From: a virus
Lineage: Duplodnaviria; Caudoviricetes
Reading direction: 5' to 3' (one strand)
IMG/VR virus record: IMGVR_UViG_3300037424_001336
Location: 1-61,859 of that record
DNA length: 61,859 bases
The notes under the pieces are model-generated. The model saw only the letters and a list, made by a program, of their open reading frames with translations, made no database searches and was not told where the DNA came from. Positions 8,388-16,869 of this stretch are shown here, in pieces. Position numbers and translations under genes: made by a program. How positions within the stretch are numbered: the first letter of the stretch is position 1; each line of letters opens with the position of its first letter.

Positions 8388-9214
8388 GCCGACCTCCGCA
8401 GGCAAGCCGGCATGTCGCGGTCCGGGCACCACGGCCGGCGCTCGCCCGTCTCCTTGTCGATGACCCAATCATCGTCGTCGGTCGAGGGGGCCGGCGTTCC
8501 TATTGGCGACACGAGCGCCACGTCGCCAGCCCCCTCTCCGGCGGAGGCGGGGGATGGGGACGCCTCCGTTTCGGAATTCTCGGCGGGGGCGCTCTCGGAG
8601 CCCTCCCCCGCCTGCTCATGCGGCCCCGCGTCGGCGGCGGCCTCTCCAGGTATCTCGGGTGCCACTTCCACCGGGAGGGAGCCGCCTGTCGTCTCGGCCC
8701 CCTCCCCATCCGTTGGGCGGGCACTGGAATTGACGGGGCGGCCGCCCTCGGAAGGGCTCTCAGCCGCCCCAGCCCCGCTCTCCAGCGGGGCCTCGGTGAC
8801 GAGCCGCCTCTCGGCATCGTCCGCCGGGGGCGTGGTTTCAACCGACCCCGCCGGATGCTCGTCAGGTTCGTGAATTTCGCCGGTCGCAGGATCATACGGA
8901 GCGGCGGTTTTCGGCTTGCCCTCCGATGGCGTGCCTCGTGCACGCGCGCGAGGCGATGAATTTTCAAGGGCGCGGCGATATAGGTCCAGCAGGGCGGACT
9001 TCTCGTCTCTCCTCTCGGGGTCCTGGCGCCGCTCCTGGATAAGGGCCTTCATCGCGGGAACGTCGAAGCCGTTGCCCTTGGCCTCGGCGTAGACGTCCTT
9101 CTTGTCGTCGTTCAGCGCCTTGATTTCAGTCTCCAGGCCCTCGATACGTTCGACGAGGGACGCCAGACGATCCGCCGCGATGCCGGAAACCGAGTTGTGG
9201 CCGATCCTGCTCAT
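8384..9214 (-). CDS. GapR/DUF2312-family DNA-binding protein with a long acidic tail
   Basis: IAADRLASLVERIEGLETEIKALNDDKKDVYAEAKGNGFDV...LLDLY, followed by about 180 aa of E/P/A/G/S-rich disordered sequence. Confidence 0.88.
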   Translation of the reverse strand: MSRIGHNSVSGIAADRLASLVERIEGLETEIKALNDDKKDVYAEAKGNGFDVPAMKALIQERRQDPERRDEKSALLDLYRRALENSSPRARARGTPSEGKPKTAAPYDPATGEIHEPDEHPAGSVETTPPADDAERRLVTEAPLESGAGAAESPSEGGRPVNSSARPTDGEGAETTGGSLPVEVAPEIPGEAAADAGPHEQAGEGSESAPAENSETEASPSPASAGEGAGDVALVSPIGTPAPSTDDDDWVIDKETGERRPWCPDRDMPACLRRSA

Positions 9215-9426
9215 GGGGCCGCCCCATAGGGCTCAAACGTCAGGTGCCCGTGATCGACGGCGGCGATAACCTCCGGCGCGTCCGGCACACGCTCGCCCTC
9301 GACGGGGGCGACGAACAGGTCCGGAATGCTGGTCCGACAGACCGGCCCCATCTCGCAGGCGTTGCGGATTCGGATGATGTCTTCGGCGCGGCTCGCGTGG
9401 CCGATGCGGACGAATGATTTGCCCAT
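9211..9426 (-). CDS. Hypothetical protein
   Basis: GGAGG RBS; coupled to the downstream gene. Confidence 0.6.
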   Translation of the reverse strand: MGKSFVRIGHASRAEDIIRIRNACEMGPVCRTSIPDLFVAPVEGERVPDAPEVIAAVDHGHLTFEPYGAAP

Positions 9427-9450
9427 GGGTTCCTCCGTGTCGAAAAGGGG

Positions 9451-9681
9451 TTAACCCGCCTGCGTGGTTGCGCCCGCATCGGGAGGCGGCCCATAGATAT
9501 CCGGGCGCAACTCATAGCGGCTCACCCGTCCTTTGGCGGCCGCCTCGACCGCAAGGACGCGCATCGGCGGGCACTCGTCCCACTGGCTAAGTGCCTGGGG
9601 GGTGACGCCGATGGCCCGTGCCAACTTTGCTGCGGAACCAGCGGCTTCTTTTGCCCTTTGAAGGGGGGTTTGTGTGTCCAT
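9451..9681 (-). CDS. Cro-like (YdaS-type) regulator
   Basis: AGSAAKLARAIGVTPQALSQW...ELRPDIYG; divergent from the repressor gene. Confidence 0.9.
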   Translation of the reverse strand: MDTQTPLQRAKEAAGSAAKLARAIGVTPQALSQWDECPPMRVLAVEAAAKGRVSRYELRPDIYGPPPDAGATTQAG

Positions 9682-9684
9682 GGC

Positions 9685-9763
9685 TCGTTTGTAAAGTGTA
9701 GATTTACGGATGTCAAGCCCAACTTTGTTAGGCTAGCGCAAAGCCATGCTTTATAATGTGCCC
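9685..9763. promoter_or_regulatory. Divergent cro/cI control region with three operators
   Basis: 17-mers gtaaagtgtagatttac (9691), gtcaagcccaactttgt (9712) and gcaaagccatgctttat (9738); TTGACA on the minus strand at 9711-9716; TATAAT at 9752-9757, 6 nt before the cI ATG. Confidence 0.75.
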
Positions 9764-10177
9764 ATGAGCGTTGGGTCATTTCTCAAGAGCGCCCGCATCC
9801 GGGCCGGGTTTAGCAGCGTCCATACCGCCGGCAAAGCCATCGGCGTGTCCGGCCAGGCCGTCAGCAGTTGGGAATCCGAAAAGAGCCCGCCCGACCCCAA
9901 GCGGTACGACAGCATCGCCGCCGCCTACCGCGTTCCTCGATCCGACTTGGTCGCCGTCCTGCACGGCATTAACCAGGAATTAACCGCGCCGGCCCATGAT
10001 TTCGGCGGGGTCGGAGGAGATGAGCGCGAGAGCAAAAACATGGTCTACGAAATAGTGCGGGATCTTGTGCGGTTGCGGATGGAAGTGGAGGCCAAGCTAC
10101 AGGAAGTCGACCGGCGCCTGGCGGCGATCGAAGGGGAAAGGCCGGCACACCCTCGGACGGGCGAGAGAATGTTGTAA
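9764..10177 (+). CDS. CI-like XRE repressor without an S24 peptidase domain
   Basis: LKSARIRAGF...AGKAIGVSGQAVSSWESEKSPP HTH and a C-terminal coiled coil. Confidence 0.85.
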   Translation: MSVGSFLKSARIRAGFSSVHTAGKAIGVSGQAVSSWESEKSPPDPKRYDSIAAAYRVPRSDLVAVLHGINQELTAPAHDFGGVGGDERESKNMVYEIVRDLVRLRMEVEAKLQEVDRRLAAIEGERPAHPRTGERML

Positions 10178-10219
10178 CGTTCCCAGGCCCTCGAAACTCG
10201 CAGGCATAGAACCTGTGGC

Positions 10220-10246
10220 GCCCCGCTTGCCCCGGGGCATTTTTTT
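10220..10246 (+). terminator. Intrinsic terminator after the repressor gene
   Basis: gccccg-cttgccc-cggggc followed by attttttt. Confidence 0.8.
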
Positions 10247-10255
10247 GACCGGCTC

Positions 10256-10296
10256 GTAAATTATCGCTTGACGCTGATAAAGTCTGTCTTTATATT
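10256..10296 (+). promoter_or_regulatory. Early rightward sigma70 promoter overlapped by two operators
   Basis: TTGACG-17 nt-TATATT; operators gtaaattatcgcttgac (10256) and ataaagtctgtctttat (10277). Confidence 0.8.
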
Positions 10297-10348
10297 ATCT
10301 CCCACAGTTACCCACGGTAGCCCGTATCGGTCGGGCAGGGAGAGTGAG

Positions 10349-10603
10349 ATGAAACTTTGGTTACTCCGGCCCGTTGACGGGTGCGACCTTTGGACACCTT
10401 GGTATGACAAGGCGTTTGGCTTTGTCTGCCGTGGCGAAACCGAAGACGAGGCCCGCGCCTTGGCCCAAGCCGAGGGAGGAAACGAGACCGGGTGGGGAAA
10501 AAACCAGCCGCCGGCTTGGACGGACCCCAATAATTCGACATGCGTTGAACTGACGGCCGACGGCGACGCTGGCGTGATCATCCGCGATTTCGAGCGGACA
10601 TAA
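10349..10603 (+). CDS. Small conserved phage protein
   Basis: MKLWLLRP...PWYDKAFGFVCRGETEDEARALA; first gene after the promoter. Confidence 0.8.
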   Translation: MKLWLLRPVDGCDLWTPWYDKAFGFVCRGETEDEARALAQAEGGNETGWGKNQPPAWTDPNNSTCVELTADGDAGVIIRDFERT

Positions 10604-10638
10604 CGGCACCCGGCGCCGCCGGGGAGGGAGATGGGAAG

Positions 10639-11148
10639 ATGGCCTTCGAATCCAAAAAGCTTTCGGTCCTTGCCTATGCCAATGGCTTCACCCTCTGGCA
10701 CTACACCACGGCCGATGCCGCCGCAGACGTCGATACCCAGGGCTACTTCAACGGGGCCAGCGACATGCTGACGGCTGGCGACATGGTGATTTGCAACGCC
10801 GGCATGGGGATGTCTCCGGAAGTGGAAATTCTTCATATCAAGTGTTCGGGGCCCGCCGGTGTTTCTGTCCGTGACGTGGTGGGGAAAACCGCACCGGACC
10901 AGACGCCGATCAGCGCCGCCGCACTTCGGGACGAGATGCGCGACGAACTCGCCCGCCTTCGGGAAGCCAACCGGGAACTGGTCGAGGCGCTGAAGCCCTT
11001 CTCCGAAATGGCTGGGGAACTATTTGCACGGAATTGGAACGACGAAGATGTGGTTGCTGTTCTCGACAACCCCGGAGACCCCCACCGCATTACAGCGAGT
11101 GATTTCTTTCGTGCCCGCGCCGTCCTCGCCAAGCATGGGGTGAAGTGA
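10639..11148 (+). CDS. Hypothetical protein (LSVLAYANGFTLWHY-type N-terminus fused to a phage-type C-terminus)
   Basis: Strong RBS; the N-terminal motif is recalled from Rhodospirillales proteins and is unverified. Confidence 0.7.
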   Translation: MAFESKKLSVLAYANGFTLWHYTTADAAADVDTQGYFNGASDMLTAGDMVICNAGMGMSPEVEILHIKCSGPAGVSVRDVVGKTAPDQTPISAAALRDEMRDELARLREANRELVEALKPFSEMAGELFARNWNDEDVVAVLDNPGDPHRITASDFFRARAVLAKHGVK

Positions 11149-11333
11149 TGCCCTGGTCCCGCGAAGATGAAGCCAAGGAAGCCGCCGCCGACGGTCGCGA
11201 CGCCCGCCGCTCCGGCCTCGCAGACACCGCCAACCCGCACCGGCCCGGCACCCTCGGGTACAACGCATGGAACGAGGGCTGGGAAGGCATGGACGCCTAC
11301 GTGATCCGTCTCGAGAAGGGGGAGGCCGCGTGA
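11145..11333 (+). CDS. Small hypothetical protein (Rmf/CrpP-like motif)
   Basis: GRDARRSG...NPH...AWNEGW; coupled to its neighbours. Confidence 0.65.
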   Translation: MMPWSREDEAKEAAADGRDARRSGLADTANPHRPGTLGYNAWNEGWEGMDAYVIRLEKGEAA

Positions 11334-11560
11334 TGTCCATCAACACGCACGCCAATTTTCAGAACGCCGACACGCTGACAGGGCTCGACATCGAGGCCGG
11401 GCGGACGGGCGCCACGCTTTATCTGCGCCACGCCACGGACGCCGAGGGCTCCGAGCGCGCGCTGGCGATTTCGCTGGCCGAGTTCGACGCCGTCGCCCGC
11501 GAGGTTGCGCGGTGGCGGGTGCTGGAGACCGAATACGCGAAGCAGGAAGGGGGCGCGTGA
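11333..11560 (+). CDS. Hypothetical protein
   Basis: TGATG coupling and GGAGG RBS. Confidence 0.65.
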   Translation: MSINTHANFQNADTLTGLDIEAGRTGATLYLRHATDAEGSERALAISLAEFDAVAREVARWRVLETEYAKQEGGA

Positions 11561-11763
11561 TGGCTTGGGTTTATTTGGACCGGACAGACGAAGGCCGCTT
11601 TTCGGTTCGCGTCATGACCGGAGCCTATGGTGACAAGACGAAGGTCTTTGATGCCCGCTCCGAGGCCGAGGGGTTCGCCAACAAAAAGATGGGGCGCTCC
11701 GGCATGGTCGTGTCCTCGCTCGACATGACCACCGAGCAACTGGCCAGGGCGAGGGGCCAATGA
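11560..11763 (+). CDS. Hypothetical protein
   Basis: TGATG coupling. Confidence 0.65.
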   Translation: MAWVYLDRTDEGRFSVRVMTGAYGDKTKVFDARSEAEGFANKKMGRSGMVVSSLDMTTEQLARARGQ

Positions 11764-11858
11764 CCGCCTCCAACGTCCTCGTCGCCATCCTGCTGAGTTC
11801 CCTGCTCGTCCTCGCGACGGCCGATTGGGACCAACTGTTCTTTGTCTGGGGGCTGTGA
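11760..11858 (+). CDS. 32-aa membrane peptide (below the ORF-track size cutoff)
   Basis: MTASNVLVAILLSSLLVLATADWDQLFFVWGL; overlaps both neighbours by coupling. Confidence 0.55.
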   Translation: MTASNVLVAILLSSLLVLATADWDQLFFVWGL

Positions 11859-12130
11859 TGGCCAAGCGGCGCATGAGTTTCCAGGACGCCTGCTCTCTGG
11901 TCGATGACGACATGCCGGACGGCGCCTATTTCGCGCTGGCCCACGAGATGGCCGGCATGGAATACGGCGACGGTTTCGACGAACTGGCGGAAGACGATTT
12001 CGAGCCCGTCGTTCAGCAGCCACAGAAGCCGCGCGGCAAGTTCCGCTGCGAGATTTGCGGGCGCCACCTCAAGACCCGCAACGGACGCAAGCAACACAGG
12101 CGCGACGCGCATGGAAAGGCGGGTGCGTGA
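11858..12130 (+). CDS. Acidic protein with a C2H2 zinc finger
   Basis: FRCEICGRHLKTRNGRKQHRRDAH matches C-x2-C-x12-H-x4-H. Confidence 0.75.
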   Translation: MAKRRMSFQDACSLVDDDMPDGAYFALAHEMAGMEYGDGFDELAEDDFEPVVQQPQKPRGKFRCEICGRHLKTRNGRKQHRRDAHGKAGA

Positions 12131-12330
12131 TGCAGTTCCGTGAATTTCACAACGGCCTGCGCCTCATGCTCAACATCGACCGGGACGAGTTGGAAGACGC
12201 CGGGCTGATCGACCGGGGCGACCACAACGCTTGGGGTGAGTTCCGCCGCAACCCGTTCATCTGGTTCGTTCGGGCCAGCGACGAGCGGGCCGAGAAGCTG
12301 TGGGCGCTGATGCAGAAAAGGATGCGGTGA
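12130..12330 (+). CDS. Hypothetical protein
   Basis: TGATG coupling. Confidence 0.65.
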   Translation: MQFREFHNGLRLMLNIDRDELEDAGLIDRGDHNAWGEFRRNPFIWFVRASDERAEKLWALMQKRMR

Positions 12331-12731
12331 TGCACTGGGCATCGATCAGGGCCGTCGCAATGCTGCTGCTGTGCACCGTGCTGCTGCCGTTTGCCTTGCT
12401 CGAAGACAAGATCCGCCGGGCGCGCGATGCCCTGGCTGCGTGGAGATACAAGCGATGGCTCGGGCGTCGTTATCAGGTGGTTTTCTGGCCGTCGTGGGGG
12501 TGGAAAATCGGCCGCCTCGATGGCGCGCTGTCTCTGATTTACGAATGGTCCGCCCGCGTGGGGTTTATCGAAATCCGGAAGTGGGCACACCGGGTGAAGA
12601 CCGTCCGCCAGCACATTGCCGAGATGAGCCCCGAACGGCGGGAACTTGTGGAGCAAGCGCGGCGGGAAATCACGGCGGCCCGCATGGGTGGCCAGGATCA
12701 CCCCAGGCATTTCAGGAGCGAGGGATGGTGA
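12330..12731 (+). CDS. Hypothetical protein with an N-terminal TM segment
   Basis: MHWASIRAVAMLLLCTVLLPFALL; coupled. Confidence 0.6.
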   Translation: MHWASIRAVAMLLLCTVLLPFALLEDKIRRARDALAAWRYKRWLGRRYQVVFWPSWGWKIGRLDGALSLIYEWSARVGFIEIRKWAHRVKTVRQHIAEMSPERRELVEQARREITAARMGGQDHPRHFRSEGW

Positions 12732-12931
12732 AGACCGCGATGACTGATCGGCAACGGGAGACGTGGCGGAGGATTGGTTGCAACGCCCGCGTTAACTGGC
12801 ACGTGTGGAAGAAGCCGGACCTCGAGAAGGACGTCGTTTACAGGGGGTCTTTGCCGATCGGGATCAACCTTACCTGCGAGATATGCGGAAAAACGAAGTT
12901 CATCTCCGTCGACATATCGGAAAGCCAATGA
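12725..12931 (+). CDS. Hypothetical Zn-binding protein
   Basis: AGGAG RBS; C...H...CEIC. Confidence 0.55.
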   Translation: MVKTAMTDRQRETWRRIGCNARVNWHVWKKPDLEKDVVYRGSLPIGINLTCEICGKTKFISVDISESQ

Positions 12932-12940
12932 AGGACAACA

Positions 12941-13294
12941 GTGGTGCGACGCATCGACCGGCCCGAGCCCGGCTTTTTCAAGCTACGCCTTGTCAGGGGC
13001 GGTCCATTCGTGGCGGCCGTGATTTTCATGCCCTGTCCGATGGTGCCTGCCGACCCGGACATTCACCCCGGCGAATGGTGCACGCCGCTCGACCGGTCCC
13101 GTCACCTGGAAGCCAGGATCGATGGCAGGCCGGCGGCGCCGGACAGGGTCTGGATCGGCGGCCGGCCGATCGATTCCCGGGAGTACCGGTATCTCACCGA
13201 GGGCGCCGCCTGGGATCGGTCCTATGCCCCGGAAGCGCCTGCGGCCAACCCAACTAGGGCCATCGACCTTAACGCGACGAAGCCACTCTTTTAG
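12941..13294 (+). CDS. Hypothetical phage protein
   Basis: PEPGFFKLRLVRGGPFVAA...; in operon. Confidence 0.7.
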   Translation: MVRRIDRPEPGFFKLRLVRGGPFVAAVIFMPCPMVPADPDIHPGEWCTPLDRSRHLEARIDGRPAAPDRVWIGGRPIDSREYRYLTEGAAWDRSYAPEAPAANPTRAIDLNATKPLF

Positions 13295-13304
13295 GAGGCG
13301 ACAG

Positions 13305-14102
13305 ATGAACACCAGTCTTGCCCACGACTTGCGAAACAGCCAGCCGCCGACGCTACGCGAGGAACTCGACGAGCGCCATGGCCGGCTGGCCGAGCGCCGC
13401 GATGAACTTCTGGAAGCCGCTGGGCGCGTTCCCGCCACCATCGACGACGAGGAGATTGCCGGGCGGGTCCAGGACTTCATCAAGCAGATCGGCGCCTGCA
13501 CCAAGACCGCCGAGACGTTCCGGGTTTCCGAGAAGGAGCCCCACCTGGAGTCCGGCCGTGTCGTCGACGGCTTCTTCAGGGCGATTACCGACCCGCTGGC
13601 CAAGGCCAAGAAAGAGATCGAGGGGCGTCTTACCCTCTATCTCCGCAAGAAGGCCGAGGCAGAGCGACGCGCCCGCGAGGAAGCCGAACGCCTTGCCCGC
13701 GAGGAAGCGGAGCGCACCCGGCGCGCGGCCGAGGAAGCCGCCACCAAGTTGACCCGGGAATCCGACCTTCAATCGGCGATCGAGGCCGAGACGACGGCGA
13801 GGCAGGCCGCAGCGGATGCGATGCGGGCTACCGCCAACGCCGATGCCAAGGCGGCCGAACTGTCCCGCACCCGCGGCGACTACGGCTCGGTGGGCTCGCT
13901 GCGCACCTTCTGGGACTTCAGGGTTGAGGACCGCTCTGCCATCGACCTCGAAACCCTGCGGCCGTTCATCCCGGTCGACGCCCTGGACAAGGCGGTGCGG
14001 GCGTTCATCAACGCCAACAAGCCCGACAAGTCCGGCGGCGACTGGCCGAAGCCGATCCGGGGTGTCCGCATCTTCGAAAACACGTCGGCGGTGGTGAGGT
14101 GA
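13305..14102 (+). CDS. Coiled-coil protein of the recombination module
   Basis: AGGAGG RBS; E/A/R-rich helix; C-terminal IRGVRIFE. Confidence 0.8.
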   Translation: MNTSLAHDLRNSQPPTLREELDERHGRLAERRDELLEAAGRVPATIDDEEIAGRVQDFIKQIGACTKTAETFRVSEKEPHLESGRVVDGFFRAITDPLAKAKKEIEGRLTLYLRKKAEAERRAREEAERLAREEAERTRRAAEEAATKLTRESDLQSAIEAETTARQAAADAMRATANADAKAAELSRTRGDYGSVGSLRTFWDFRVEDRSAIDLETLRPFIPVDALDKAVRAFINANKPDKSGGDWPKPIRGVRIFENTSAVVR

Positions 14103-14758
14103 CCATGGAAATTTTCGTCTTCGACGTCGAGACGTCGGGCATCCCGGACTTCAAGCTGCCGGCCGACGATCCAAAACAGCCCCGCGCCATCCAGATCGCC
14201 GGCATCCTCTGCGGAGACGCCGAACCGGGCGAGGAGGACTCGCCCCTGGGCCCCGGCATCGCGGTGCGCGGCTTCGTCAACTGCCCTATCCGGCCCGACG
14301 GCTGGACCATGGACGACGAGTTGGCGGCGAAGATGGGCCACGGCATGACCCAGGCTTGGCTCCTGGAAAACGGCCGTCCGGTCCGCGAGGCCCTCGACCT
14401 CTGGACCGCTTTGCACAACCGGGCCGACCTGATCGCCACGTTCGGCGCCGGCTTCGACCTGAAACTGATGCGGGGCGAGTTCCGCCGCGCCGGCATGCCC
14501 GACCTCTACGGGGCCAAGCCCAAACTCGACGTGATGCGGGCGGCCTGCAAGCCGTGCGCAATGCCGATGCCCAGCGGCCGGGGCGGCTTCAAGCTGCCGA
14601 AGCTGGGCGAGGCGGCCGAGATCCTGCTGGGCGAGAAGGTCGAAGGTCTCCACAACGGCTACGTCGACGCCAAGACCACCGCCCGCATCTACTACGCCCT
14701 GCTGGCCCGCGGCGTCGTCATGGCGCCGAAGCAGGACGTTTCCACCAAGGCCGCATGA
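14099..14758 (+). CDS. DEDDh (DnaQ-like) 3'-5' exonuclease
   Basis: FDVETSG (ExoI), FDLKLM (ExoII) and HNGYVDA (ExoIII). Confidence 0.9.
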   Translation: MTMEIFVFDVETSGIPDFKLPADDPKQPRAIQIAGILCGDAEPGEEDSPLGPGIAVRGFVNCPIRPDGWTMDDELAAKMGHGMTQAWLLENGRPVREALDLWTALHNRADLIATFGAGFDLKLMRGEFRRAGMPDLYGAKPKLDVMRAACKPCAMPMPSGRGGFKLPKLGEAAEILLGEKVEGLHNGYVDAKTTARIYYALLARGVVMAPKQDVSTKAA

Positions 14759-14769
14759 GGGAGACACCA

Positions 14770-15729
14770 ATGGCCAATACCCAGAACATCCAGACGATGA
14801 TCGCCGACAAGTTCAACGCCAACGACTTGGCCGACATGAAGCCCGAGGCCGGGGCGCTGCCGGCGTGCTTCCTGCCCAGCAGCATGGGCGAGGCGATGGA
14901 GTTCGCCAAGCTGATGTCGGTCACCATGAGCGTGCCGCCGCACCTGCGGAGCAAGCCGGGCGACTGCCTCATGGTGCTGATGCAGTCTGTCCGCTGGGGC
15001 ATGGAGCCCTTCGCGGTCGCCCTGAAATCCTACTTCGTCAACGACCGCATCGCCTATGAGGCGCAACTGGTCAACGCCGTGGTCAACGTCCGGGCGCCCC
15101 TGGAAGGCCGGCTCAAGGTCGAATGGTCGGGCGAGGGCGAGTCCCTGAAATGCACGGTCACCGGCACGATCAAGGGCGACCCGGAACCGCACGAGGTCGA
15201 GCAGGAGATCAAGACCATCACGACCCGGAACTCCCCGCTCTGGAAGCAGGCGCCGCGCCAGCAATTGGCCTACTACACGACCCGGCTCTGGGCGCGGCTC
15301 TACACGCCGGAGGTTCTCTTGGGCGTCTACACTCCCGACGAACTGGAAGGCGACAAGTACCGGGGGCCGGAGAAGGCCAAGGACGTGACGCCGCCCCGGC
15401 CGACCCGGAGCGACCCCAAGCCGGACCTCGCCGCGGCGAATGCCGAGACGTCCGTCAGCAACGACGCGATGGTGGCCGGCCGCGAAGACGATCCCGGCAC
15501 CTTCCCGCTGGTCGACCAGTTCGGGGAAGTGAAGGGCGAGTACGCCCCCGGCGAATGGACCGACGAGTTCTGCCGGCTGGTCGACGGCTGCAACCTCGAC
15601 ATCGCGCTCAGCACCCTTGTCGAGAACAACGCCAAAGCCATCGCTTGGGCCACGCCCCTGCTCGACCAGCCGGCCGTCATCGACGAGGCCATCGCGAAGC
15701 AGAAGGCCACCCTGGAGAAAGCGGGGTGA
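14770..15729 (+). CDS. recT: RecT-family single-strand annealing protein
   Basis: VPPHLRSKPGDC...WGMEPFAVA...YEAQLVNAV...NSPLWK..PRQQLAY...PEVLLGVYTPDE. Confidence 0.85.
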   Translation: MANTQNIQTMIADKFNANDLADMKPEAGALPACFLPSSMGEAMEFAKLMSVTMSVPPHLRSKPGDCLMVLMQSVRWGMEPFAVALKSYFVNDRIAYEAQLVNAVVNVRAPLEGRLKVEWSGEGESLKCTVTGTIKGDPEPHEVEQEIKTITTRNSPLWKQAPRQQLAYYTTRLWARLYTPEVLLGVYTPDELEGDKYRGPEKAKDVTPPRPTRSDPKPDLAAANAETSVSNDAMVAGREDDPGTFPLVDQFGEVKGEYAPGEWTDEFCRLVDGCNLDIALSTLVENNAKAIAWATPLLDQPAVIDEAIAKQKATLEKAG

Positions 15730-15899
15730 CCCCCCTCCTCCACATCCTCCTGATGTGGGCCGTCGTCTGGTTCGGCTTCCGCGCCATCCGCGTCCTGGCG
15801 CTGGCGGCCGGACCGGCGGCGGTGGTGCTGGCCGTCATGGCGTGGGGGCTGGTGTTCCTCGGCGCCGCGGCGACGGTTCATGTGTTGGGGCTGCGATGA
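15726..15899 (+). CDS. Small two-TM membrane protein
   Basis: Hydrophobic 57 aa; GTGA and ATGA overlaps. Confidence 0.6.
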   Translation: MTPLLHILLMWAVVWFGFRAIRVLALAAGPAAVVLAVMAWGLVFLGAAATVHVLGLR

Positions 15900-16285
15900 T
15901 CCGCAACAGGCATTTCATCGCCGACGTCCCCGCGTTCAAGCGGTTGCCGGACGAGACGGAACAGCCGGAATATCTGCGCTGGTGCCACGCCCACCTGTTC
16001 TGCGTGATCACGATGGAGCGCGCGTTCGACGCCCACCACAGCCGCAGAGACGAGTTCGGCCCGATCGGCACATCCAACCACGACGACCGCCGCATCATCC
16101 CCATCGTGGCCCGGCTGCACCGCCCCGGCTACCCGAACAGCCTCCACACCCTGGGCGAGCGGCCGTTCTTCGACCGTCACGGCATCGCCTACCACAGCCT
16201 GTCGGCCATGATCTGGGTTTCCTACGACATGGGCCGCGACGTCGAGCAGGCGCAGGCGGCCATTATCGGAGCGATGCCGCGATGA
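15896..16285 (+). CDS. DUF968-like HNH-fold protein
   Basis: YLRW...CVI...DAHH...DDRRIIP...H...SLH..GE..FF..HGI. Confidence 0.65.
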   Translation: MIRNRHFIADVPAFKRLPDETEQPEYLRWCHAHLFCVITMERAFDAHHSRRDEFGPIGTSNHDDRRIIPIVARLHRPGYPNSLHTLGERPFFDRHGIAYHSLSAMIWVSYDMGRDVEQAQAAIIGAMPR

Positions 16286-16869
16286 AAGCTACCGGATGCA
16301 TCTGTTCGGTTCCTGGGTGCGGCGCCCCGGTGCTGGCGCGCGGTTGGTGTCGGCGTCACTACAATCGCTGGCAGCATCACGGGGACCCAACGGTTTGCCT
16401 CAAACCAATGGTCCAGCGAGGAGCGCCCATGAAGTGGCTTCTCGACCACGCCTCCTACAGCGGGGCCGAATGCCTGATCTGGCCGTTCGCGCGCCATCCG
16501 GATGGTCGCGCGCACATGAAAGCCGGCAAGCCCTCTCGCATCATGTGTGAACTCGCACACGGGCCCGCACCGACGCCCACCCACGAAGCCGCACACTCCT
16601 GCGGGAAGGCGTACAGCGGATGCGTCAACCCCCTCCATCTGCGCTGGGCAACCCCCAAGGAAAATGCTGCCGACAAGGAAATGCATGGAACGGTCGTCAG
16701 AGGAGAGCGTCATTACGGGACGACACTAACTGAGGTCGATGTTCGGCGCATCAGATCTCTGCGCGGGGAGGTGTTGGGCCGCGATCTTGCCGAGGAGTAT
16801 GGCGTAACCGCCGGCTGCATCAGCGAAATCCAGAATATGAAATCATGGAGGGGCGCGCCAAATGGCTGA
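16282..16869 (+). CDS. HNH endonuclease
   Basis: CSVPGC...CRRHY; ECLIWP...AAHSCG...CVNPLHLRWATPKENAADK; C-terminal HTH. Confidence 0.85.
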   Translation: MKATGCICSVPGCGAPVLARGWCRRHYNRWQHHGDPTVCLKPMVQRGAPMKWLLDHASYSGAECLIWPFARHPDGRAHMKAGKPSRIMCELAHGPAPTPTHEAAHSCGKAYSGCVNPLHLRWATPKENAADKEMHGTVVRGERHYGTTLTEVDVRRIRSLRGEVLGRDLAEEYGVTAGCISEIQNMKSWRGAPNG

